A DNA stretch of 61,291 nucleotides, filler included, from Catajapyx aquilonaris (GCA_000934665.2; 2 parts of 2 records of this genome joined end to end with filler, not necessarily neighbours in it), one strand, 5' to 3'. Positions 1 through 13,100 are shown, numbered from the whole stretch's first letter. Notes: a model not told the origin generated them from the sequence alone. Numbers and translations: made by a program.

Positions 1-608
1 TTTTTTGAAAACCGGCCGCCATCTTGGGTCCTAAGGAACGAAAAAGATGGCGCCACGGGCAAAATCGCTTATTTTGGTCTAAACTACAATCCTGCAAAGC
101 GGCTTGCTTTTATCACGATTTGCCGCTTTTTTAGGCGTACCTCCTGCACTATTAGGGAAGTTTGACTTATGGAAGTTTCACTGTATGTTGCATGAGGCAA
201 ACCTGAATCTGGCCCAATGCAGGTAATTCCCTGAAAATAGGACTTGGCTGCACTCTTTTGAAGATTCATTGCTGCAGATCAAATGTAAGCCTCATTAACC
301 CAACCACGTAGATTTTGGCTTTAGCGTACTGCAAAGGTATGGATAAGATATTTTACCAAAAATAACAGCTACACTTACCACGTTCAGGGAAAACAGTCGG
401 AATGTGTCTGGAACAATTTTACTTGTCTAGAAGCCCCTAAATTAATATCAAAAAACAAGGCTACAAAAACTGGAATTGAATTGGAATTGGAGTACTGCCA
501 ACCAACTGTTAGGCTGATTTAATGATGAAAGGCGTGAAAATATGCGGAATAACAACCTTGAGAACCATGCGAGACGAAATTGCTTAGATCGTTGTACTTT
601 GCGAGAAG

Positions 609-696
609 TAAATTAATACTTATTTGCGCCTTTCTAGCACCTCAGAAAATAGCAAATTTCCGAAGTGCCAGAATGCCGCAAATAAGTATTAATTTA
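609..696. repeat. Imperfect palindrome / MITE remnant
   Basis: TAAATTAATACTTATTTGCG... pairs with ...CGCAAATAAGTATTAATTTA over about 40 bp with a few mismatches. Confidence 0.7.
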
Positions 697-875
697 TATA
701 TATTTCATTTTTCCCCTTGATACAACTGTAAGCCGTTATTGGGGAGTGGCATACCACCATCAGTTTCTGGTGTTTTCTGGTGTGTCAAAAGCAATATCAG
801 TTTTATTGCTTATTTTAAAGAATAGATCTTGTGTTTGTTAATTTTTGTAAATTCACATGTGATGTATATTTTCAG

Positions 876-3800
876 GCAATTTCCAGAGAAACAAGTGAAT
901 CATTTAGGCAACTGAAGGAAGAATTTGATACATACAAAGCAGAGAAGAAAGAAAATGACAAAATCCGTGAAGAACAACTTCTGACGTTGCACCAGGAGGC
1001 AGCAAGCCACAGGTTTGAAGCTATTTATTCATGTTAGGAATTTAAATTGTTTTTACAAAAGGAATATTTGATATTAATATACAGGTTGTGCTCCCAATGC
1101 CTTCTGTTGCCTTTTTAGCTTGAAAAATTGCTACTTTGTAATTATTCAAAACAGATTGCATAGGTGAGGATTTAAATAGGTAATAACTGCCCTTTGAATA
1201 TACAAAAGCTGTTAAAAAAAAAACGAACTTTTTCTATACAGACTCGATTGCTTAATTTGCAACATTTTAAGCACTGTCCCCTTCAAAGTAGTTCCCTCTA
1301 TAGATGATACAGTTTTAAATTTTTTCTTTCATTGTTGGAATGCTTCCTGGAACGCATTTTCTGTGATGATGCACAGTGCTCTTGTCACATTGTCCTGAAT
1401 CGCCTCTATGGTTCGGAAATGATGTCATTTCAAATTCTTTTTAAATTTCGAATCTAGCAAAAAGTCTGCTGGGGCTAATTCCAGACAATAGGGTAGATTG
1501 GCACAACAGATGTCCGATGCCTTGCCAGATAACTGATGACGAGGAGCGATTTGTGAGCCGGCGCATTGCCATGGCGCAATATCAAAGTCTGGCTTTCCCA
1601 CAATTTAGGCCTTTCCTGGGCACAGCAGCTCTCAAATGCACTAAAACATTCTGGTACAACACTGTTTGTCTGCCAATCTGACAACATGGTCAAAATTCAT
1701 AATGAAAAATGCTTTTCTAATCCAAAAACACAACCAACATCACCTTGACCTTTGACTGACTGATCTGTGCCTCATTTGGTTGAGGATACCCTTCCCAAGT
1801 ATGCTTGGTAAAGCAATCGAAATGTGTCTGTAAAATTTTTACCACTTTTTTAGCGACATTTTACACAAAAACATTGTTTTTCAACTCATTTTCACTTTCT
1901 CACTTATTCGACGAACAGCATGTCGAAGTGCTCACTTAAGTGGATTTGTCTCGATGACCAATGGTCATAGCGGAAAGTGGCAAATGGCAATTTGTTGTCA
2001 AGACATGTGCTAGGCACTGTCAGTAGCCGCTCTTTGTGCCAGTTGATGCCCTATTTAAAAAGTTCGGTTTCCTTTTGAACAGCCCTCGTATCTTACGGCT
2101 GCTTTAACAATATTGTCATGAAACATTCTAGAACAACCTGGAAGGCATCCATTCACCAGTTTTAGAATTACAGCAAAACCTTGATGTAACGCTCTTCAAG
2201 GGACTGCCCAAAAGTAGTGTTATATGCGGGAAAATTTACCGTATGGAAATGATCAAGGGACTGGAAAAAGGGGGTGTTAAAAGCTGGAAAGCGTTATATC
2301 AAGGTTTTACTGTATTTGTAACCTGTATGAAAGATAGTGTATTTACTTGAATCTGAGACAAAAATAAGGTGCATCTTAGAATCAGGTACAAAGCATTCTT
2401 ACATAGTTAGTTAACCTTTGACGACGTGAAACTAGGGGTGGGACTTAGATTCAAGTAAATGCGGTAACCCTCTGTGTGATCATTTCATGGCTGGCAAGTA
2501 GAGAAATGGTGCATCAATCTTGCTTTTGGTAGTTTGTCACAAGGGTATGAGCTCGGTTGTCAGAAAAGGTTGCAGTGTGGACACACCATACACACTTTTT
2601 GTAGAATTACCATGTAAAAATGCAGTCTTTGCACCAGTAATAGGAATGTTCATTTTATAGTAATGGCAAATAATGATACATAAGCTTAAAACATGTGGAT
2701 TTTCAAGCCACGTGATCGTTAGGCCCATGCATAATATAACTGTTTTGTGGGTTTGTCTCATGTTACATTGTGTGAATAAGCAGTGGAAGAGTTCATCAAA
2801 TATTGCATACCCATTGTTCTGAATATATTTTAAAGGTGTCCAGAATCATTAACTATTGTAATATATATTAATGGTTTTTACAATAGGGCATCTGCTTCCA
2901 AGGCAGTATCTCAATTGGAATATGTGAATGAGCGATACAAGACCCTGCAAGTAAACGCCGATTCATATAAGCGGCAGGTTTCGCATATGGAGGATAGGAG
3001 CAGAAAACTTGCTGAAACAGTCATAAGGCATGAACAGGCCATCACTGCCTTGCGTGGAGAGCTACTGGATTTGCAACGCAAGTTATGTAAAGCAGAACTC
3101 GATGTTAAGAACTTGGAGAGAGAGAAGCTGATTCTCAAATCATCTGAAGAACGTTTACTGCATGAGAAAAAGCTTGCGTCACAAGAGAAGTCCAACTATG
3201 CATTGGTTGTTTCTAATTTAGAGTCTCTGAAAAGCAGTCTAGAAAGAAGCAGATTAGAAGCCAACATGCGACTTGAAAATCACACAGTCAGCCTGAAGCG
3301 GGAGAACGTATTACTAAGAGAAAAGTTGGATAAGCAGCAGGACAAGTTCAGTGAAGCAATGAAAGTGTGGGATACCAGTACAAATGAGCTTCGGCAGAAG
3401 CTACAGGTGGAAATAGACAGGAACCGGGTTTGCCAAGAGCAACTGTCTAATACCTTGACAGCAGTACAAACCCTTACACAAGAAAAGGAAGACCTCCAAA
3501 AACAACTTAGTAGCAGTGACAGTCCTGTCACCATTGAATCAGAAACCAGTCCATCTTGCCAGACCTTGGAAAATTTGAAACATACCCAGATACAATTAAT
3601 GAATGCACAAGCCCATATTGATACTCTTGAGAAGAAATTACAAGTGGAGCAGGCTCATCGGAATCAGTTAAAGAGCATGACGGAATCATTTGAGAAGAAC
3701 ATGCAGGAGAGCAGTGCTTCTGCACGTGCCTATAAAGACACTATGGAGAGGAGGTAATGATCTAGATGCATTTCTTTTATTGGTATACTAAACATCGGCC

Positions 3801-5092
3801 TTTTTTTAGATATGAAGAATTGCACCAGACTTGCATAGAAGTGACAAAAGGAAAGGAGGCGCTTCAGGGAGAAAAGATAAAAATGCAAGAAGAATTTTAT
3901 CAGGCTTCTACGAGGCAGCAAGATGTGATTTCCAAATTGGAAAAAAAATTAGACAGTATTCAGACTGAGTATGAAAGTGCTCTAGAAAAGGCAAAGGAGA
4001 GAGAACAGGTATGAGTAGACTTTTTCAAAAAAGAAATAGTTTTGGAAATAATTTAATCATTTGTTATAGGCCGCTGAACAGGCAAGGAAGGACAGAGTGG
4101 AGCAAGAGGAGACTGCTCGGGAAGCCCAAGAAAAGTACGAGAGAGAACTGATTTTACATGCTGCTGACATTGAAGAACTGAACGCATTGCGAAAGGAAGC
4201 AGAAAACTTTTCTACTCGCCTTGAGGCTGCAGAGCGTACGGCATCACTGTCACAGGAAGAACTTGCACACATTCGCACTCAGTGGCAGGAAATGCAGCAG
4301 AAATTCGAGGAAGAGCTGACAGCAACGAAGAAGCAATTGGTTGAACTGGAGGACATTAATAAAGGCCTGCATGAAGAGTTGCTGAAAGTGACAACTCAGA
4401 TGTCTGCACTCCATAATGCCAACAGCACTGATACCTTGGGTGGCGTGAAGATGCCTCTCAATGAAGAATCATTTACAGAAGGTGAAGCCCGTACTTCAGA
4501 ACAACTCTTGACGTTGTCCCGGTTCCTTAGGCGAGAGAAAGAGATAGCTACCAACAAGTTGGAAATAGCAGATGCAGAGAATAAAAGACTTCTTGCTAAG
4601 ATGAGTTGTATGGAACGTCAAATGGTAGACATGCAACAGAGAGCTCAGGAGGAGCAAGAAAAATTACAAAAGGGTCTTAGTGATATGGAATCTGCGAAGA
4701 AACATGAAGAACTCTTGCGCAAACTTGAGACACTGAATGCTCTTACTGACAGCAATTTGTTGATGAGGGAAGAAATGGATCGACTTCGTGCAGAGAGGCA
4801 GGCTATGCAATCGGAGCTTTCGAAACTGCAGGCTGATTTTGCCCCTCTTCAAGAACAGAATCGTACCACTGAGGATCGCCTGAACACGTTAACAGCAGAG
4901 AACCAAGCCTTACGAGCAGATTCTGCTCGTTGGAGGGCTCGGGCCAATGCTCTTACAGAGAAAGCTAATACTAAGGCTACAGTGCCCACAATTAATCCAG
5001 AGGAGTTGAAGAAAGCCCAGCAAGACCGCGATCGGGCACAATCTGAAGCCTTACGGGCAACTCAACACATACAGCGACTGCAGGTACAGCAG
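876..5092 (+). CDS. TPR: Nucleoprotein TPR/Megator, internal coiled-coil portion (4 exons; 5' part upstream of the window, 3' part not found)
   Basis: Exons 876-1012, 2887-3753, 3810-4008 and 4070-5092, all AG/GT bounded and phase-consistent (2226 nt, 742 codons). Heptad-rich protein with TPR/Mlp1-like motifs EAQEKYERELILHAADIEEL, SEQLLTLSRFLRREKEIA and LNALTDSNLLMREEMDRL. Confidence 0.9.
1201..2090 (-). mobile_element. Degenerate mariner transposon in a TPR intron
   Basis: TIRs TACAAAAGCTGTTAAAAAAAAAACGAACTTTTT / AAAAAGTTCGGTTTCCTTTTGAACAGCCCTCGTA with TA ends. Minus-strand remnant HGNAPAHKSLLV...ELAPADFL resembles the mariner HDNAPAH...YSPDLAP motifs. Confidence 0.8.
2169..2314. mobile_element. 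Tc1/mariner-pogo-type MITE
   Basis: TA-CAGCAAAACCTTGATGTAACGCT ... AGCGTTATATCAAGGTTTTACTG-TA; 23-bp TIR with TA flanks. Confidence 0.75.
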
Positions 5093-5995
5093 GTAAGCTT
5101 GGCCATATTTTGGGATGTGGGTTGTGTGTGTAGTAGGGTGGTCCAAAAATGACGAAAGTTTGAAAAGTCAGCTTGGATTCTCATGAAAATTTTCCTTTTG
5201 ACAGAAAATGAACTTTTTCAAAATATAGGCAATATCGGATAATATTTAGAGGTCGCGCCGTGGCCTTGACGTTCCGAAATTTTGTGCCTTTTCGCTTTCC
5301 CCACGCGTTGGACCGCTATCCACAGCTTTCACACTAGGAAATTCTGTCACGGATCCTGCTCATTCTGTTCCTTCATTTCTGTACTGGGTGTGTGTGAAAT
5401 CAGAGTGAAATTGGAAAATATTTAGGGGTCGCACCGAGTGTCAACATGAAGGGATGCGCGCTGTCCACTCCTCCCTGTTCCTGCACCTCCACTTGGTTGT
5501 TAATAGCACTGGGGAACACACGTTTTGGTGCCTTGAAGGTTAGGTCGATTTTAGGGTATATCTGTGGTGCTGATTCCAAAACTGGCATCCGTTTTGCTCC
5601 ATCTGCTCTAGTTCTTGAGGTATATTGTTTTAAAGTTTGGACCGGTTTACTAGGGGTCTTTCCGAATCAAGTGAGCCGAAATGTTTTTACATCATCTCGG
5701 ACCTTGGTGAAAATAATCATGGATGTACAGACATATGCCATAATGCGCAATACCATTGGGAGGGGAAACATCGAGAAACTTTGACAATGGCCGAAAATGA
5801 CGTCTTTTTTGGAGAATTTTTTTAGGTTACTGAAGTGGAATTGTTCAAAACCCAATGAACATATCGCACCCCGGCAATAACAGGGGCACAAGTCCAAAAA
5901 GTCAATTTCACAGGAGAGCACTTTGAAAGTTGTATAGTGTTGGTATAGTGTTATCATAAATAACAGGGGTACAAGTCCAACAATGACGATTTTGA

Positions 5996-6117
5996 CTTAT
6001 TACTAGAGCAGGGTCCATGACCGTGTGCACATTCAGAATGCATATTCTGATTTAAAAAAAATTAATAATTAATAATTCTGATTATTCGAATGCTGCGGAC
6101 CCTGCTCTAGTAATAAG
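5996..6117. mobile_element. Short MITE / inverted repeat
   Basis: Perfect 21-bp inverted repeat CTTATTACTAGAGCAGGGTCC (5996-6016) / GGACCCTGCTCTAGTAATAAG (6097-6117). Confidence 0.65.
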
Positions 6118-7744
6118 CAGGGTTCCCACGCTGTCGGGAAACTCTTAAGAATGTCGGGAATTCGTATTTGCTTATTCCCGACCTTGAAAAAGTCGGGATT
6201 TCGAGGAAAATGACAAAATGTCGGGAAAATGTCGGGAAAGTGCAAAAATATTCGGAAAACCAAAGAATGGATTTTCCATCACCACCCCACCACCAAAATG
6301 CCCCACCCCCACTTCCCAACAAGCTTAATCCTCAAAAGGGTTTGGAAGCTAACCCTTATGAGGAGGAAGAATTTTGGTGGCGGTCAGGAGGGGGGCCAGG
6401 GGGGGGGGGGGGGGTTGACAGGGGAAAACCGGAAAAACCCAGGAACTCAGTCGCAACCAAGGCGGGATTGTTCAAAAAAAATGTTTCGCTAAAATTCTGT
6501 GTTAATTTTGATATGTTGCGGGAAGTCGTTCAGCATGATACGAAGGGTAACTTGTCGCCATTTTAAATTTTGATAATATTAACTGTTCAAACAAAAGAAG
6601 CAAAAAGAACTGTTTTTGCCGCCATTTTTCCAAGATGGGTGCTGTAATAGTAGTGTAAAACAGGCAGGTAAAACTGCCGAAAACTATTCTTCCGCTGGGT
6701 GAGATCAATATTGTAAGAAACAAGTCAATTGGTTGGGGTTAGTCCGTCTCATGAGGATGGGTGAAATTCAATTGTAATTTATTAAAAATATTCGAGACTT
6801 GGAGTCGGTAAGAATTAGGCGACCCCAAGTCTCGAATATTTTTAATTACAATCGAGCAGCAGTGGCGTATGCAGGGGGGAGGGGGGCCCAGGCGGGTCGC
6901 ACCCCCCCCCCCCTCTCCCCCGCCACACGAAATTTTTGAAATAGCCCGAAATAGCATTATAATTACTAGTTCGTGATTTTTGGGGGGGGGGAAGTGCTAC
7001 CAATTTCATCAAATACACACCCATTCAAATCTCCAACATTCACCTAAGCTTGTGTGACCTTCAACTCAAAAAATTTCCGCCTGCGGCGACCTTCCTCCCC
7101 GCCCTTTACCGCTTGTTCACCTAGTGCTTATGAAATGGGCCCCCACCCGAAATTTTTCTGCCTACGCGCCTGCCTTATTGCTGGATATTTTAATGGGGGA
7201 GGGGGATGTACAAAACTAAAACTAAAATTCACCTAGGCTTGTGTGACTTTGAAGCTTGAACCCCCCAAAAATTCGCCTGCGGCGCGCAATTTTTTGCTAC
7301 TCTCATTGGCCCTACCACTACGCTGGCTTTTGGACCTTGTCTCGTGTACGGTTTTATTAATGCGGTAGCTTAGGCTCTGGAAGAGAGTGTATTCTTCCTT
7401 ATTTGCCTTCTATTACTACAGCTACTGGATAGGGCTGAAACGGGCTATAAGTACTTATTTACACCCGCTGTATCGATTTTATCGATATTTTTGACCGATA
7501 TATCGGCATATCAAGATCGTACGATTAATGAAGATTTTTTGCGTTTTTCAATTTGAAATTAGTTCGCAAAATTTCTGGGAGCGGATATTAAAACTGGGCG
7601 AAAATACTCAGGCCATTTTAGCGGAAACAGTAGCCCATGTGTTGGGAAAAGGGGCGGAAAATTACGATAAAAAGGTCGGGAAATTACGATAAAAAAGTCG
7701 GGAAATGTCGGGAATTTCACTCTTAAAAACGCGTGGGAACCCTG
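6118..7744. mobile_element. Non-autonomous DNA transposon (hAT-like CAGGG ends) with G/C-run inserts
   Basis: 14-bp perfect TIR CAGGGTTCCCACGC / GCGTGGGAACCCTG; many subterminal GTCGGGA repeats near both ends; internal CAGTGGCGTA poly-G fragment near 6859. No clean TSD. Confidence 0.7.
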
Positions 7745-8343
7745 TAAAGCGTGCAGGCAAAACAGGAAAATTAATGTTCAACCTTGCCTGGAAAGGTCGT
7801 CGTTGAAAGGACTGTACCATATACTATTCCAAGATCTGAGGCAAGATGATGAAAGGTTTTTTCCCCCCGTATTTTCGGAAACTGATGCATCCCAAATATC
7901 AGGATAGGCCCATAGACCTCAACTTCAGATATAAAGTCTTCGTTATTAATTTCCTTCACTAATTGCACAATCCAAGGTGGTAAACTGACCTTTCCTCGCG
8001 GCATGAAATACAGGGTCATTGAAATTGAATGTCCCATTTTAAAAACCCTATAACTCGAAAACTTGCAGGCATATCTGAATGATTTAAGTTTTGAAATACT
8101 AAGAAAGGTCTACAATTTTGGTTTCAAGTTAGTTTTTTAAATTCGATATGAGCTTCATTTATCTCTAGGCAGAAAGCCTGTATTCAGTGTCAGGACAAAC
8201 TATCAATCACATCTGGAGTTACCGTTGCTATCCTATCCCGTAGGTGCTGGATATCTCTGATATTTACACCATAGAAATTGTTCTTGATGATTCAAATAAA
8301 AAAGTCGCCTCATCCATGAAATAAACCTGCCGTAGGAAATTTT

Positions 8344-8815
8344 TACCGTATTACCTCATATTGTGGCATGCCAGTGTAGGCAAGGTCAACCAGTTTTTAG
8401 AAATGCTTGATCTGGTGGCTATACCGGCATGCCAGTATAAGGCGAGGTTTTCACATAAGTTACATTATCCTTTCCAGACTTGACATTTGCCTGAAAAGCA
8501 ACATTCACGTAAAGGCTATCAAAAAGGCGCATTTTCTGGCAATAATCTGTATTTAAACAGTATGTTGGAGCAGGGGATTCCCCTGTCAAAGCAGGCTGAC
8601 GATGGGATTGGTCACACAATCTACATTTTTTGTTGCATATTCTCACAGCTTGTACACTCACCCATTTTCATTGTAACATTATTTTAGTATGGTACCAGAT
8701 GCATTCCAAAAAATTTGGTAATGATCAAAATTACGGAAATCTACCTCGGTTATTGCGGCATGCTGGTCGAGCTTGTTTTATACCGGCATGCCGCAATATG
8801 AGAGGTAATACGGTA
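8344..8815. mobile_element. MITE with TACCGTA ends, nested in the Tc1-like element
   Basis: About 50-bp TIR TACCGTATTACCTCATATTGTGGCATGCC / GGCATGCCGCAATATGAGAGGTAATACGGTA. Confidence 0.75.
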
Positions 8816-9119
8816 TTTGTTCAGCTTCCCAGTGTAAGAAGTCTCGTATGAGAAATTTCTCTGTGCATAGCCCCTCCAGAAGCCCAGATTTTACCCACAT
8901 GTACTGTTTTGTGGAGATACATGTATGGTGACAAGATTCGGCACCACCATCACCTACGAGAAAAGATTTCAGCGGTAACGCCAGACATGCCTGAGCGGGT
9001 TAGGCAGGACACTGATTACCATATTTACATTTTTTGAGCGACAAATGGAGCTCATATCGAAACAAACTATGGTAAGACCAGAATTTTAGACATTTCTTAG
9101 CATTTCAAAACTTAAGTGG

Positions 9120-9867
9120 CGGATTCTCGTGGACTCCCGTAAGTCCCGTAAGTTCGTCCAAGATGGCGACGGATGCGGGACCCCAGAAAATTGGCATACA
9201 TGTGGTACCCCGTAAGTCTTTACAAGGAAGAATTGAAAGTAGGGGGGAGATATGGGAGTTCTTGGAGCTCCGCCCAGCGGAAAAGGACAGGAGCCAATGG
9301 CAGGCGTTGTTTCAAACCGTAGTTCGGGCAAACGTCGCGAGAGTGTGCAGTAGGCAATCGAGTCTAAGGTCAAGGACCTTATCGAGTGTGGAGTGTCTGC
9401 TGCTAGTGAGGTGAGAGCGAAGACGATGCTGGGGAAGAAGTCTTCCCCGGGTTCTGCCCGCGCCCCTCACCGGCTGAACTGGGATGACCGTAAAAAAGAG
9501 GCCATTGTGGCCCGCATGGAAGACACTCCAGGACTCGTGGAAGGGGCCCTAGTAGCGGCGTCACTAGTGGCGAAATACTTACGTTTATGTGCACGTCCCG
9601 TGAGCGCAATCAATGGACCTGGGTATCCGTAAATAATTCGATCCCCGCCTTACGGACACACAGCCGCTGTCGGGGAAGCGGCCATTTTTGAGAGCAACAG
9701 ACGACTTACTGGTGCTGCCACCCACCCGTATCTTTGCGGGCCTTTCCTTCCCGCAGCCCTTGCGGGAGCGCGACACGATAATTACACTTCGGGAGTTGCC
9801 GGGGTGTGACGTCACGTTTACGAACGTTTGCGACTTGCGGGCTTCCCGTAAAGTCCACGAGAATCCG
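9120..9867. mobile_element. GC/CpG-rich non-autonomous TIR element, nested
   Basis: 16-bp perfect inverted repeat CGGATTCTCGTGGACT / AGTCCACGAGAATCCG enclosing about 720 bp that is visibly more GC- and CpG-rich than its flanks. Confidence 0.6.
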
Positions 9868-10340
9868 ACTATAAATCATTAAGATATCTCGACAAGTTTG
9901 CTAGTTATAGGGTTTTAAAAATGAGACATTCTTTTTCGATGACGCTGTAGCGTGGACATACGACTGGGCCTGTGGGCCTGTTGCGGGCTTGAGTTGCCTG
10001 TGGCTGTGGCTACGTGTGAATGCACCAATGCAAACCAATGCTCCTCGACCGAGTGGCGCCTGGCCTTGTAGGAGCAAAGATGCTCAGGCCTGCCACTCAA
10101 TCGCGCTGTCGAGCAACTTTCAAGCCACTCCGAGCCCACAGACGCCTACCCTCGCCACTGCAGTGGCCACGTGTGAATGCTCCCATTTAATCCTGTCTAT
10201 AAGCAACGGGGGCCGGTTACTGTGGCGAGCGTCTACCACTAAAAGTGGCCACGTGTGAACTGGGCCTTAGTGTACAGGCCCTTTTCCACCGGCATAATTT
10301 TTGTTCTGAACAAAATGCAAGCCTGAACAATTTTTGGTAA

Positions 10341-10559
10341 GGGTCCTTTTCCATTTGCTGATACCCACTATGCATATTTTCTGGAACAGGCCTATTTTGA
10401 TTGTTACTCCATGGAAATGCAGTCATTGTTGACACTGTTTACTCCATGAAAATGTGAAAGGTGGGATTGTTGACTATAACAATAAGGGTAGGCCTGTTCC
10501 AGAAAATATGTATAGTGGACCCGTATCAACCTTTGGTATCAGCAAACGGAAAAGTACCC
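10341..10559. mobile_element. MITE / long inverted repeat
   Basis: GGGTCCTTTTCCATTTGCTGATACC...CATATTTTCTGGAACAGGCCTA pairs with TAGGCCTGTTCCAGAAAATATG...GGTATCAGCAAACGGAAAAGTACCC. Confidence 0.6.
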
Positions 10560-10719
10560 AATTTTTTGTTGCTAGGCGATTAATAATAAAGTAGTATAAA
10601 TAAATAACACTTCCCTTGTTAGTAGGGGGAAATTTTCACAGCACAGATTTGGAAATTGGCTACAATGTTCAGTAATTTGCAGAACACTAACTCACAGTCC
10701 ATAACTTGTCTAATTGCAG

Positions 10720-13100
10720 CCCATCAAACACCTGTGCGATGGTGTCCTGGCAAAGGGAATGACCATTGCTCAAGCTAAAAAGGAAGTGCTTGCCGAAATC
10801 AAAGATAAGTGTGGGCTGGAGATTCCCATCGAGAGGTATGTTTGCTTTCTTCAGCCTTTGCACACTAGTAACGTGAAATTATATTTCAAAGTTGCCTCAT
10901 TAGGCTGAAATATCTTTATTCTAAACACTGATTTATGACCCATACATAATTTGTGTGTACATATGTCTTCCTGCTTTTGTTACTAGATGTCGACTTCGCC
11001 ATAAGAATTGGAAGAATCCAAGCACCGTGTACCTAGACCACCAGGTAATTGGAGAAGACATCAACATGTATTCAAACTGGGAGGTCCTTGTTCAGGAGCT
11101 AGAAGATGTTGAAACCGTCACATCAGACAAGCAGAACACCCTCTTTCTTCGGAGGTGGAGGCCCTCTCAGTACACACTTGACCCTTTCCAGGAGGTTGTG
11201 CTTGATACAGAAGCAGTTGATGAGCTCAAGCAGAAAGTAAGGTTTGGTCACCCAAGATTTGGGAACTTGGGACTGACTGTTTTTTCTGGCAGATATCAGA
11301 AGCAAGTGGGATTCCCTTTGAGTATGTGGACTTTGCAAAGGGTCCTGGCTGCTTCCCCTGCCCTGTGTCTCTCCTCACAATCCATCAAGAGTCTGATTGG
11401 AACCCAAACACCACTATGCTCAACACCTGGCCGCTCTACATACACAGGGACAGTCACGTCGTGTACTACAAGTCAGTTTCTCATATTATTTCCTTATACA
11501 GTGGTATTTTTATTTATCTACCCTGTGATAGGGCGGTGCCCTCGTGGGGGGACACAATGCTCGGAGAACAATGAAAAATAGGGTACTAAACAATGTGTGG
11601 GCATAATACAGTAAACATACATTACATTATCAATAACAAGTCAAAGTAAAAAAAGAAGCGATCCAGATATGATTAATCACAGAAATTGTTTAAATTGTAA
11701 GTCAACTCCTTAGGTAAGTTGTTAAACAAAAGGTGAAAACGATCCGGGGGGAATTTTGGGAAGTTGAAAAGGAATGAAAGACAGGGAGTACGGAAGAAGG
11801 GACAGACAAATAATATATGGTGTGGTGTGAAGGTTCGTTTATGTTACACCAAGTGCAATCTGACTCATTATCGAAGGAGATTCTGCGTCCAAGGAGAGAA
11901 ACACTGGGTGAATTGTGGCGGAGGTTCATCAGTAAACGAGTAGTTTTAATCGGGGTAAGGAATGCGAAATAATAAGCAGGTGAGTGGAGGGCAAGGAGAT
12001 CACGATAGTGTGAGTATTGGGTTGAAATAGAGAGTGCCTGTTTGCTTTTGGCGTCTAAAGAAATAGGAAAACAACGCAGGAGATGCTTTCACAGCAAGAG
12101 GAAGAGACAACTTGGGTGCAAATTAGATGGCGTTTTACGGAGCTGGTGCATTTTTTCGCTGCGCTCACAGTTCAACCATAGAATCATCATTAAAACTCCA
12201 GATCAAATTTCTCTCGAATTTCGCATTCGAACTCTGGAATGGTCGAAGTATGAGGGTAATTCCCTTGTCACTATCCAAAAATTAAGTCGCACACTGTGAG
12301 GTGGCTATGACTTATTGAAAGCAGATCATTATGTCATTTTGTCAGATGAAGATGGTGTAGCAATGTTCTGCTACCAGTTAGCAGCAGAGCCATGGAATAG
12401 TCGAGATATAATAGTCGTAACTGACGCAACTTCACAAGGTTTGTTGTGTCAGTTACGTTAATCCTAATCTCTCCTGAAAATATTAATATGAACAGGCGTG
12501 ATCTAAAGTAATCACAAAATTGCTCTTGAGGAGTAGATTGCATATCAGTTGTAACATTACTTCTAAACACATTCAGCTCACAGGGTTTCATGGCATTACA
12601 GTACCCCCCAAAGAGCTTGTCCTATTCATGTTGTGTGAGTTACATTACATTAATATTTTACAGAGTCCATTCAAGTTACTGTTGTGAAATTATAAAATTA
12701 TGGCAATAAGCTACCAGGAGGCACCCACATGGGAATAATTTTAAATTCCTTTCCATGAACATTTGCCATTGCCATCAATATCAATACAGCGTGAATCCTG
12801 TCCACCTGCAAATCTGTTCAGTCAGTGAGGTGTTTGAGGGATAGTACGCGTATAAATGTGCATTATAAATCCATTTTTTCTTTGAACAGGGACAGTAGAG
12901 AGGAGCTGAAATCTCTCTCTGAGGAGGAGAAGAGAGAGATAGCAGCCAAGGAAAATCCCCGCCTGGGGTCAGTAGGACGAACGGGGTCATCAACATCAGC
13001 AACAATCTCGTCAGCTTCCTGTACTCCTCGGAAGGAGAGGGCACTGAAGATATACTTGGATCAAACACCTCCATCCAGAGATGAGTTGGAAGTTGACTGA
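10720..13100 (+). CDS. USP47: Ubiquitin carboxyl-terminal hydrolase 47 (USP47/Ubp64E), C-terminal 251 aa only
   Basis: Exons 10720-10835, 10987-11236, 11293-11471 and 12890-13100 (756 nt, in phase, ends TGA). Motifs RLRHKNWKNPSTVYLD, RRWRPSQYTLDPFQEVVL, SGIP..VDFAKG.G.FPC..S.L.IHQ..DWNP, LNTWPLYI and PRKERALKIYLD match the USP47 C-terminus. AATAAA at 13810 and 14013. Confidence 0.9.

Larger units (their letters stand above)
8009..9949 (+). mobile_element. Degenerate Tc1/mariner-superfamily element carrying two nested insertions
   Basis: TIR TACAGGGTCATTGAAATTGAATGTCCCATTTTAAAAACCCTATAACT matches the reverse complement of 9903-9949. A transposase C-terminal remnant at about 8871-9062 reads (with shifts) PSRSPDFT...VTPDM.ERV.Q..DY...ATNGAHIE. 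Confidence 0.75.

Noticed and set aside
6168..6566. 132-aa Gly/Pro-rich ORF
   Set aside because: Arises from G/C homopolymer runs inside a non-autonomous transposon.
11520..12300. Possible minus-strand LINE 3' remnant in the last USP47 intron (FNNLPKEL-like motif)
   Set aside because: Too degraded to support without a repeat search.
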